Source: Eledone cirrhosa
Taxonomy: Eukaryota
DNA: 64,000 nucleotides
Direction of reading: 5' to 3'
Assembly: GCA_964016885.1 (NCBI GenBank)
Contig: OZ024740.1
Coordinates: forward strand, 345,092,001-345,156,000
Each line of letters starts with the position of its first letter. Position 1 is the stretch's first letter. Shown piece after piece: positions 13,281 through 25,833 of this stretch. A program made the translations under genes and the position numbers. The notes beneath the pieces were generated by a model, which saw nothing but the letters and a program-made list of their open reading frames with translations, searched no databases and was not told where the DNA came from.

Positions 13281-13371
13281 TCTCCTTTGTATATATTTGT
13301 TTAAATACAAAATATATTTCACCATTAATCGGTAAATCACAGTAGTAAAATCGGATGATCACCAAAGGAGA
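13281..13371 (-). ncRNA. Hammerhead ribozyme, G3-C8 core variant (copy 1)
   Basis: Minus strand: tctcctttg-GTGATCA-t cc...gg t-GAAA-tatatt...aatata-TA-caaaggaga. Confidence 0.75.
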
Positions 13372-13822
13372 AGATCCAACTATCTGTGTTTACACAGCAA
13401 ATGCAAATCTGTGAATGACTCGTACCACGTGTTGCATTTAAAAAAAAAATACACACATCACACAGCGTCATCCCAGTAGCGTGAATAGGATTATCGACAG
13501 CTAGACATAGCAGCCGAGTCCATTCAACCGAGTTAGCTCTACAATTAAGGGGCCGTATATATATCCAAAATTAAATTAAGGGTGTCATGTCTGAGAGACA
13601 TGCGCCATATCCACTGCAGAATAAGCTCAAAGATTCCAATGAATAGATCCGAGCATTTTATATCAACTAGAAATAGATTGACATATATATATATATATAA
13701 AATAAACATATGAAACAATCACAGGGAATAATGTGTAAAGTGTGTAAGCACACACAGCTAGGGAGGTACCTAATTGAAGTTTAACTAGAACTTCAAATAT
13801 AGATACCTTTTAAAATGATTAA

Positions 13823-13915
13823 TCTCCTTTGTATATATTGGTTTAAATAAAAAATATATTTCACCATTAATAGGTAAATCACAGTAGTAAAATTCCGGAT
13901 GATCACCAAAGGAGA
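13823..13915 (-). ncRNA. Hammerhead ribozyme, G3-C8 core variant (copy 2)
   Basis: Same core and stems I/III as copy 1. Confidence 0.75.
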
Positions 13916-14421
13916 AGATCCAACTATCTGTGTTTACACAGCAAATGCAAATCTGTGAATGACTCGTACCACGTGTTGCATTTTTTAAACAAAGGAGATT
14001 AATCATTTTAAAAGGTGTCTATATTTGAAGTTCTAGTTAAACTTTAATTAGTTACCTACCTAGCCAAATTATTCCCTGTGATTATTTCATATGTTTATTT
14101 TATATATATATATATGTCAATCTATTTCTAGTTGATATAAAATGCTCGGATCTATTCATTGGAATCTTTGAGCTTATTCTCCAGTGGATATGGCGCATGT
14201 CTCTCACACGTGACACCCTTAATTTAAATTTGGATATATATACGGCCCCTTAATTGTAGAGCTAACTCAGTTGAATGGACTCGGCTGCTATTTCTAGCTG
14301 TCAATAATTCACGCCACTGGGATGACGCTGTGCGATGTGTGTATTTTATTTTTAAATGCAACACGTGGTACGAGTCATTCACAGATATGCATTTGCTGTG
14401 TAAACACAGATAGTTGGATCT

Positions 14422-14514
14422 TCTCCTTTGGTGATCATCCGTGATTTTACTACTGTGATTTACTGATTAATGGTGAAATATATTTTTTATTTAAACCAAT
14501 ATATACAAAGGAGA
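14422..14514 (+). ncRNA. Hammerhead ribozyme, G3-C8 core variant (copy 3)
   Basis: Stem I 14422-14430/14506-14514 (9 bp), GTGATCA 14431-14437, GAAA 14475-14478, 7-bp stem III, AUA triplet ending at 14505. Confidence 0.78.
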
Positions 14515-14776
14515 TTAATTATTTTAAAAGGTATCTATATTTGAAGTTCTAGTTAAACTTTAATGAGTTACCTACCTAGCTGTGTGTGCTTACACACTTT
14601 ACAAATTATTCCCTGTGATTGTTTCATATGTTTATTTTATATATATATATATATATATATCAATATATTTTGAGTTGATATAAAATGCTCGGATCTATTC
14701 ATTGGAATCTTTGAGCTTATTCTGCAATGGATATGGCGCATGTCTCTCAGACATGACACCCGTAATTTAATTTTGG

Positions 14777-14853
<77 letters not shown>

Positions 14854-14886
14854 CGTTTGGGTGTTTGTGTGTGTGTGTGTTTCTGC

Positions 14887-14943
<57 letters not shown>

Positions 14944-15155
14944 GGTGGGTGTGTGTGTCTGATGGTAGCTAAGATACTTCCATAGGCGGTATGCCGGTTG
15001 AGCACTCTGTGCTCTTACAGAGCAGAGTATGATATAATAGAAAACGAAAAATAAAAAAAATCAGTGATGCATCTGAACTCAATTTATTGTGAGTTACAAT
15101 TGTTTCGCCAGCGGACAGCTCCAGATGTGATCACTGTGTGGATCTGCAAATTCTC

Positions 15156-15198
<43 letters not shown>

Positions 15199-15499
15199 GG
15201 AATATTTGCTATAAGAACAAAATTCCAGGCCTTCATGATTTGTGTTTCAGCATTTTTTCTTTCATTTATTTAGATTTGGCAAACTGTGATGTTGCTGTAA
15301 TTCAAATAGATACATTGTTACGTAATGTGACGCTTAAAATCTCTATGAAAATTGTGTTAACTTTTCAAATGTTAGCGGAATAACCACCCGCATCTTAATT
15401 TTACAAGCAGACTATCCCATTGATCGAGAACAACCAGTAAACACCTCATCGGAACTGATAGAGGTCCAACACACAAACACTTACACGTGTATGTACATA

Positions 15500-15623
<124 letters not shown>

Positions 15624-16077
15624 TGTGTGTGTGTGTGTGTTTGTGTGTGTGTATGTGAGTGTGTGTGTGTATGTGTGTGTGTGCGTGAACCGTCAGAAAC
15701 ATAGCAGTAGCAATTTCTTAATTAGTCGTAAAAGACGAGTAGAAGTTAAATGGGAATTTAATGTCGCAGTAATGCCTCCATCTCAGATAGTAGGGAATTA
15801 AATAATACGTATGGCATTGAAGAAGGAACCATATCCTAGATTCAATTCTTTAACCATTCTCTCACAAAAATCATTGATTTACAACCCCATTATAAGTCCT
15901 CAAATTTTTAAGAGATGTGTCTGATGTTAATAGTGCATTAATCTCATCAGCAGCAGATAAGTCTCATAATCAAATATAAGAGGAGCTGATGGGACTGTAT
16001 GTGATATTCATGACTTTTCTGATATAATTTTCCAGGTAAGAGGTGGTGAATTTCTCCAGGATAATTAAGATAGGCAA

Positions 16078-16131
<54 letters not shown>

Positions 16132-17916
16132 TCACTCTCATCCCCCCACTCTCTCTCTCTCTATCTCTCTCTCATCCCTCCCCTCTCTTTCTAGATTCTA
16201 CGACAGCTCCAAACAAAACAGATCAATATGTTTCGCTGAATTGAAATCAGTATGTTTGCGTTATATATCGACATATACAGAAGCAATATAATAAAACTGA
16301 CTTAGCTGATATTTCAACGTTGCGATAGAGGAAAGTGCAAAATAATAAGTCTCTATTCTCTACTGACTACTTTAATTTATTCTAAAACCCAATCTAAAAT
16401 TGTATTAAACTACTCATACAAATACTACAATCCATATTACTCATTTTAGCTCGATTTCAACGCTGAAGTAACTAACCTGAAAGCAAAAATAGCTCAGCAT
16501 AAACTACACTTATACATAGACAGTATTTAAGGTGTACCTTATCAAATGTTTTATTCGTTTGTTTTGTGTCTGATTTGAAGAAAATTGTATTGCTATTTCT
16601 AGGAAGAAAAGCATGTATGTCTATGTACCTTCATTGCATCTCTATGCTCTGGTGTTCCTAAAGACTTCTCGTTCATATCCCACACATTAAAAGTATGTGC
16701 AAGTGAAGTAATTTATAGAACGACCATTTAAAATTCTTATATTTTATCATCTCAGAGCATACTACAACTGTGGAATTATTTCCTGATCTAATTAGTTTAA
16801 AATCTAACTTGTCCTAATGATGCCTGATCATAAAGCTGAATGTTCATTGTTTAAAAGTGAAATCCGAAAATCTCACCATATGTCGTATCTCTACTGAAGC
16901 GAACATAGAAATTCATTTGCAATCCGTCAAGTTGTTTTCGGCTTACGTACCACCCATCATCACGAAAGAAGAGATAACTGCATTTTCAGAAATAGGATGG
17001 AGGATTAGGATGAAGTATTGATTTCTTACGTAACCTGAAATTATCTCAGATAAATTTCAGCTACAGTACCAGAACATGCCTTAATTAATAGCACCTGTAT
17101 AAGCTATATCATATGTGTAGGTGGAGTTAAACAGCTCTGCAATTAACAAAAAAAAATGGAAACATGTAGGGTTAGTTCTATAGAAGGTTGATTATTTCAG
17201 AGTTATTGATTACACAGATGGACACAAGGTTATATATTTAAAGGGCAGGAGTTTAAGAGCGTGTAACTTTAATCCCTTTGTAAAATAATCTATTATTACT
17301 GAAGTAAATGCACTTCTATCGTTGAATTGAAACCTATTCATGCAATATGTATCGCAAAGTACATCCCTTACATTTTTTAATTATATCTAGAAAATTATTG
17401 ATTTCTTCCTTAGATAGGAGATTAATACTGTTGTATCTTAGTTTCAGGTCAACTCAAATCAAACTACTTTAGGATCAAATTCTTTTAAGCTGTGACCGAA
17501 CCGTTCTTACTTTTCAGGCATAGTGTAAACAGGACTAATATATCCCGTGTATCCTTACGTTGTTTTTAAACTCTAGAGTATAATGTCAAGGATATTTGCA
17601 ATGAGACGGATTAGGGAATGCAGTATATCGAATTAAACTAATATGTAACCGGTTTAAATATTAGAAAAGTTATAATGAATTCAATAGTGCTGATTCACAC
17701 AAAACTGAACGATGAAAAAAAAATACTATGTGTATTAAATCTTTTTTCTGTATTGTTTCAATTCACACACTGTTTTGCTAAGCCAAACTCCTTAGTAACA
17801 GACTATATACGCAGTGTCACTGATCCAGTATTATCTTGATTTCAAGATCGATCAATGTAAGATTTTAATATGTTGACCAGAGAATGTTGACCAGCAAACA
17901 CACACACAAACACATA

Positions 17917-18225
<309 letters not shown>

Positions 18226-18259
18226 CATATATACATACATACACACACACACACACATA

Positions 18260-19315
18260 ACAGCTTGGCATATGAGCACCTTGAAACGGTGAACTATATA
18301 CATAATTGACTGACATTTCTGCATCCCAGATTGAAGATCACATGAACACCACCTGGACGGATATATGCAGGCTTACAAAACACCCCAACAAATATAAAAA
18401 CAACCTCACCACCAGAAACAGCAGACTACCAACGTTTCCCCGCCTCATTAAAACCCACAAAACCAGTGTTAACCTACAGATTAGACCAATTGTTTCGAGT
18501 ATAGAAGGACGCCTCTATAAAATCTCCTGGTTCCTCTCCCAGACCCTCCAGTTTATGCTTGCTACTTTTCCTGGTCACGTCAGCATCTCCGACGAATTCA
18601 TACAAAGACTACATCAACTACAACCTAACTCAACAGATATGCCTTTAACCTCGACGTTGTCTCCCTCTCACGACAGTACCCGCTCATCCGGCGGTCAACC
18701 TAGTGACTGAGTGCATCGTTTCAAACAACATATACTGCATTGACTTCACAACACAAAACATACAACAGCTTCTACCCATCATCGTAGAAAATACGTATTT
18801 CACTTTCTACCACCACACATACAAACAAACAACAGGCCTACCCATGGGGTTCATTCTTTCAGGCCTTCTAGCAATAGACCTATATGAATCAACTGGAAGG
18901 TCGAGCACTCAACACCTGCCGCTCTTCACCCGATATATAGATGATATACTCTTCCTCATATCAGCCTGTAAAAAGGCCGACAATTATATCCACGGCATTT
19001 TCAAACACAGTTAACAACATATGATTTACCACAGAACAACCATATTTCAGCGAAAGCAGAACCACAGGTATCCGCAAAGAAGGACTGGACATACAGTTAG
19101 CACACTCCGGCCCTTCACTACATGGATACCTGTCTCAAATGCAATCCAGATACAACAAAAATCAATACTCGCTGACTAACTACTCTATCCGCGATACAGA
19201 TATATGCCAGCGGACACATGTGGTATAGCGGATTGAATACAATAAACGTAAAGAGTCCTACATAGGTAGCATGACTCGAGCATTCCACACTCGCATCAAA
19301 GTACACCTCAACACA
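18260..19315 (+). mobile_element. Decayed Penelope-like element (RT plus GIY-YIG)
   Basis: LIKTHK...IRPIVSS, YKQTTGLPMG, RYIDDILF, then HVV*RIEYNKRKESYIGSMTRAFHTRIKVHL. Frameshifts and stops. Confidence 0.88.
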
Positions 19316-19460
19316 CGCGCATCCTCATATATATATGTGTGCGTGTATGTATGTATATACATTCTAGTGTACGTATGTATACATATATGATTGTACGTAT
19401 ACTTACATATATTTAAGTATCAACCGTACTATGAGTGAGAAATATAATTTCATTTTTTCC

Positions 19461-19491
<31 letters not shown>

Positions 19492-19717
19492 ATATTAATA
19501 AATGGAAACTATATTTATAAAACCATAATTATTTTATTATATATATTTCAAGGGCAACCAAAGCAAATTTTGGTGCGCTTTCATCAGATAAAATACAAAT
19601 TTGTTTTATAAATATATATTGACATACCCGCATAAAGACAACCTTTTGCGTGCGTGCAACTGCATGTAGTTGTCTTTGTATCCTTTAAACCAACCCCAGT
19701 CATATACGCAACAATAC

Positions 19718-19749
19718 AACCCTAACCCTACCTCTAACCCTAACCCTAA
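19718..19749 (+). repeat. Short (CCCTAA)n telomere-like tract
   Basis: aaccctaaccctacctctaaccctaaccctaa. Confidence 0.7.
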
Positions 19750-20909
19750 TATTTCGTATACTCTTCTTTCTTTTTTGTTGGGGGGGGGGGGGGGGTCCAG
19801 TATACATTATATTTAAGAATATGCAGCGAGAATTTTATTTACACTTTATAAACTTTAATTCCAGAGGAACATTTAGTGTTTTATACGAAATATCTTGACA
19901 AGAAAACATACACATGTAATACATATATTTATATCTATATATCAATATCAGTACACATACATATCTATATATATATATATATACATGCATACAAAAATAT
20001 ACATATATATATACAAATATTGTGCTCTTATATAAATATATAGTTATGTATATAGATATATAGACGGAACGACGAAATACGTATACATAAATAATATGTA
20101 CGTGTACATATATATACGCATATCACATGGTTATGTATATAGATGCGTACGTGTGCCAATGCTTTTGTGTCCGTGTGTATATGTGTGGGTGTGTATGCAT
20201 TACTCTCCTATACTTTCAAAACGATAAAAGAAATGAAAAAAATGTACATAACAATCTTATTTCAGCTGCGTTAAAACTCGTTATAAACAAAGTCCGAGAC
20301 ATAAAACCCGAAAGAACATAGTCGTTTAGAATGTACATAAAAGTTTATAAAAGTACTTGTACCAAAACAAGAAAACAAAAACATGTGTACGTAGAACATA
20401 TTCATACACCAGCAGTTGCTGTTGACGTTTCTGAATAAAACCGGCGCAGAAGATGTAGCTCTTCAACGATTTTACTTGTTTTTTCCTTCTTTCATTATTG
20501 AGATGGTAAGAGCATACACCGGGGTTTTATTCTATAATTATTGAGATGGTATGAGTTTAGACGGAATTTTATTTTCTAGCCCAGTGACTTGAGGAAGTAT
20601 GTGTGTGTATATTTTTCTTTAACGCACCTCTGTATTTGTGTAATCAGGCATTCTCCCCCTTATGCTGCAGCTTGAAAACTAGAAAAAAAATATACATATT
20701 ATTTTAAAAAACATAGAATATTCATTTGTTTATTTTTATTTTTTCATTCCCCCTTTTATTACTCATGATGTTATTATTGTTTTTGTGTTCTGTTCAAGAA
20801 ATTTTACTACAAGAAAGAAATCGAACGCTTTAAATTAAGTCAACCAGAAATGTTTTTATGCAATTACTAATATTATTCTTATTATCATTGTTTTTGTTGT
20901 TGTTGTTAA

Positions 20910-20951
20910 TATTATTATTATTTTGTTTATTATTATTATTATTATTATTAT

Positions 20952-21006
<55 letters not shown>
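20910..21006. repeat. Compound (ATT)n/(AGT)n microsatellite
   Basis: Direct reading. Confidence 0.95.
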
Positions 21007-21007
<1 letters not shown>

Positions 21008-22299
21008 TTATTTTTAGTATTATTACTTTGAAGAATGCATTTCGTTGATTCAAGTCATTTAATTTATTTTATATATTTTTATCATTGAGTCCTATGAGAG
21101 AAAGACATGTTTAATGCTAAAATTACCTTTCATTGTCTTTTATCTCTCTCTTCCTCACTCATATCCCCCCTCTCTCTCTCCCTCTCATTCTCTCTCTCTT
21201 TCCCTTTCCCTCACTATCTGTTCATATCTCTGTCTCTATGTATACGTCAATTCATCTTTCTGTCCCAACCTGCCTCAGTCTCATCCAAACACCCTGTCTC
21301 ACAGACACATACATACATCAGCCCGCCACACATAGCTACTCACATGCCAGTACAAACACATACATGGATTCATCCAAACACAGATTCCAACGTACCTTCA
21401 TATTCAGTTACGCTCCCCAAAGAATTTCAGCATGGATGCACTTTACGAGGACAATAATTCTTCAGTTATTTGTTCTTCTTTTTCTTTGATCTCTATTTCT
21501 TTGTAAATGTATGTGTGTGTGTTTTTGTGTGCGTACGTGTGTATTTAATTCTACGTGCGTTGGTATTTTTAAAACTTAACCTAGGTAGATTGGCACACAA
21601 ATAGATATTACAAAGCTTAATTGAGAGCCAAGTAAACCTGAAACCAATATCATAGAATTCACGACATTCACAGACAAAACAGCCACCCAACAACAACGTC
21701 AACAACAACAATAACCCCACGAATAACGCCTCCATCAAAAATAGTTCAATAACAACATAAACAGCAATAAAAACAACTGGTGTTTTGCATCAGTTTTACT
21801 ACAGAAACGTTAACGTTTAAGCTTATAGGATTAAAACAAAATAATCAAAAATTAGACGGGTGCAGCGCATTTCCGTTTTGAGTTGGAAAGGTAGCTAGGG
21901 TAATTGTCAAAATTGTATAATGAGTGTTTAGCATGCGTGGAAAACTATTTGTACGACAAACAGCTAGCTAAGCGAGCGGCAGAAGCTCTGACTATTATCA
22001 CTTTACATGTCTATCTATCGGTTGAGAGATATGTCAATTTATATTCATGTATTTAGATTTACTTATGAATTTATCTTCGGACATGCAGAACGATAAAAAC
22101 CGCAATACGAAATTGATAGATAGATTACCAAATAGGTAGATAGACAGACAGGGAGATTGAATAGATAGACCGACAGGGAGATACGTGGATACATTGAAAG
22201 AACAAAGTCATCATCATTAAGTGGCTCTATGTTTGATAAGTATTAAAGAAAATATGGAAGAAAATATTTGAATTGATGACACATTTAGTAAACAATTAG

Positions 22300-22640
22300 A
22301 ATATTTGAAGAAGGGAGGTAGGTGTAAAATCCCAAATCGCTATCTTCAATTCCGGATTCGCATCAGCCCTTACCTATGCTCATGAATATTGAGTAATGAC
22401 CGACAGAATACGACCGCGAATACAAGCGGCCGAAATTGGCTTCCCCAGAAGCGTCTTTAGAGTAACGTTCGTTACTCGATAGAGTTCGTAGCTTGGAGAT
22501 CAGAGAATCGCTTCAGGTAGAGCTTCTACTTCTCCGAATTGAGAAGTCAAATCTATGAGACTACGTCATTTGGTTAGATTTCTCATGAAAGAATCGCTGG
22601 ACATATTTTACGGGCAAAACCAACTGACTGGAGACCCAGG
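22300..22640 (+). mobile_element. RTE-clade LINE 3' fragment
   Basis: LTYAHEY*VMTDRIRPRIQAAEIGF...DRVRSLEIRESLQVELLLLRIEKS resembles RTE (Rex3/Expander-type) C-termini. Confidence 0.8.
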
Positions 22641-24098
22641 GATAGATGAAGTATACTATAACGAAGTTCACTTTAAAATATATATCAACAGATACGTATG
22701 TTTCGTTACATATGGTTCGAGATATTCATCGATGTGATAGACCTGAATCCAACATCGATCAGCTCATCAAACGTGAAGACGCAACAGTGCCAAAATATGA
22801 TAGGCATGGAATAAGATCACATGCATCAAAATACACTATGAATCGGATCATACACAACATGTAACTATGTGAAGTGCTGGAAAGCAATGGCTTTCAAATA
22901 TATTTCACTAATGAAATTTAGAATCAGAAGCTCAGGAAACAGAGCATTTCCACAAATATTCGCTTCCTGAAATTATCAAAACTCAGCGAATATGCCACCA
23001 GCGCTATCGCTAAGGTCATACATAGAGAAGTTTACGATATGCACCTAACCTACACACGACCTTACAGGCGTAGATTCATATTCACAAGGTAAACCTATGC
23101 GGAATAAAATAATTACACATTTGCCAACCGTCCCATTTATAAGACAGCGCAGTAAATACGACGAATACTATATTGACCATAAGATTCGTTCCTGCACGTC
23201 CACATAGAATTAGCTCAAACTACTCATCGTTCTCGTAGCACAACATTAAATGCAGTAACAAGAACGAGAGTTTAACTATTGGACACATAACGTGAAGTAG
23301 GGAGTTAGCCGATGAAAGAAGTACGTAATGTTAGTCAGACGGCAAAAACCAACTATCCATAAAAGACTGGAAATGAATAAATTCATTAGGCTAATTTACA
23401 AAGGTTACTACACAAAAAATCGGAAAAACAGCACATATTCCCTCCTACATTTAGATGATATTTGATTATTTAATGCTTACTTATTTCTATAACTTGGTTC
23501 TTACGGTTAAAGTACAACATTCTTTAAAATATTGTGATTTCATAATATACAGTCTTATTTATTCCATATTACATATAAACCACTAGTTATAGATTTATTT
23601 ATTATTTTTTTACACAATTTTTTCTTTTTGTTAATAAGGGCTATACGGTAAACTTATCTCTAGAATTGTCACCGCTCTCTTTGTTATAGGTCAGCGACAA
23701 ACAAACATAAGACAGATTTTCATGATGAGTGGAATAATATACGCAGTTTGCTTTACACTTTTTAGCATTTTTTCCTTATCGTTTTACCCTTTTATTATAG
23801 TTTATTTATTTTTTAAGTATTTTTTTGTCAAGGGTACGCTTCTTTTAATATGCACGGCCTATTAATATAACTCATGCAGCTAATGTCATCATACATTGCT
23901 TAAAAGAGCTCGGTGTTCTCTGATAACATCTTATACGATGTTCAAACAACATGGCGAAAAGTAACTTAATAGTGTAGACTGCAGAGTTTTACTCTAGTCA
24001 ATGAGAATTTAATGACTGGCGGAAGGTGAATAGATAAGGCTAAGGTTACATGAATTAGCGTCCCTTCTAACACATGTAGACATACATATTTGTGCATA

Positions 24099-24169
<71 letters not shown>

Positions 24170-24175
24170 TATATG

Positions 24176-24209
<34 letters not shown>

Positions 24210-24210
24210 C

Positions 24211-24290
<80 letters not shown>

Positions 24291-25643
24291 TACCCCACCA
24301 CACAAATATCTCTCTCTCTCTATATATATATATATATGTGTGTGTGTTTGTGTGTGATCATGTGTGAGGGTATGCAATTATAAGTATATGCTTGTATACA
24401 CACACATACACACATACACACACACACGCACGTATATATATATATATATACGCTCATGTAAAACTCATATAAAGCACAAGAATTCCTACCAGAGACATAG
24501 AATTTGTTGGCCTTGATAAGGTGATATAGTAAAAGAAATATAACTCCTGATCTGGTGTTTGATAGAAGCACCACTATGGAGCTCATTGGTTGGTGGCACG
24601 TGAGTTTCAGCTATAGATGTTTGGCCTTCGATTGTAGTAAGTTCGTATTTTGCAGCTTTCGTATTTTTCAGATTCGGTGTATTAATTAATCCCACACCAC
24701 ATAAATGTTCATTTGTAATTATCAACACTTTCACTTGTAATAGAATTATTATCTACAAGGCATATTTTGGAATAGAGACTCTTTACATAGGCGGAGAAAT
24801 TATATTTGTTTGATAAAGTTTAACGAAACTAGGAAAGAAAATGTTTGTAATTTAAATGAATGTAAAATGAAATATTGCAAGGAATATATTTAAAAATAGA
24901 ACACTTCGTTTGCACATAGAGACGCACATATTTATAGAAATATTATTTTCATTTTATTTAATCTTTTTTCATTATATTTGTTTTATTATACTTCTCTTCT
25001 TTCACACAAATACTTCCGTTTCTTTCATGCTTTTCAAGCGAAGTCTTCAAGCTTGCCAGGATGACAGCCATTCGATTGTTGTGGTTAGAATTTATATTCA
25101 TTGCTACCTTCTGAATAGGAAAATATTTAGAAAAATGACAGAACAAATTTAAGAATCACATACATTGTAGCGTGTAACGAATCGTCTTAATTTAATAGGA
25201 TAAATGAAGAGAAATGACACAAATTTACTCTATCTACAGCAGACAACCAATAGTATAATTCGTAAAGTTAAACTTTTGATGAATCGAAATCGTAACCAAA
25301 TTTTATTCAGAGTGCAACTATTTTTTCTGCATTTATAACGTAATTGCAGTCAATATCAATAAAATGGCGACAGATTTCATCTTAGGTAAATTAGAAGGTG
25401 GCAGTTGAATTTAGGATTTCATGGTGATTATTATGAAGCAGTTTTCCTTTAAATTACTCATTGACGCCAGATATTAATTCTTAGGAAAAGGATTATTTGA
25501 AGCTGACCACTCTGAAAAGGATAGAGGTTGTTACACAGGATCTATCAAAAATGCAAAATAAAATGTATAAATTAAATTTGTGTGTGCTCTCACACACACA
25601 CACACACACACACATACACACACACACACGCACACACACACAT

Positions 25644-25696
<53 letters not shown>

Positions 25697-25700
<4 letters not shown>

Positions 25701-25833
25701 AAAATGTTTGACCCCGACGGCAGAGCTCAAGCCGTTTCGACGGCTATTTCTGGTTCAGAAATAGCCGTCGAAACGGCTTGAGCTCTGCCGTCGGGGTCAA
25801 ACATTTTCCTATTACCCACTGTACTAGCCTAAA
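25697..25833. mobile_element. Family A fold-back insert beside (TA)n
   Basis: Perfect 56-bp arms (25697-25752 / 25756-25811) with a 3-nt loop, then tail ttacccactgtactagcc. Confidence 0.85.

Larger units (their letters stand above)
13157..14780. mobile_element. Tandem plus inverted array of a 542-bp non-coding unit inserted in (TA)n
   Basis: Minus-sense copies at 13157-13698 and 13699-13988. Plus-sense copies at 13990-14100 (about 20-bp deletion), 14101-14640 and 14641-14780. The unit carries its own short TA tract. Confidence 0.9.

Noticed and set aside
14287-14298. Reverse complement of GCTAGAAATAGC, part of the Cas9 sgRNA scaffold, with TAGAGCTA nearby
   Set aside because: Only a 12-mer GAAA hairpin, with varied copies at about 13500 and 55704 and no other scaffold sequence. 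Coincidence, not CRISPR or contamination.
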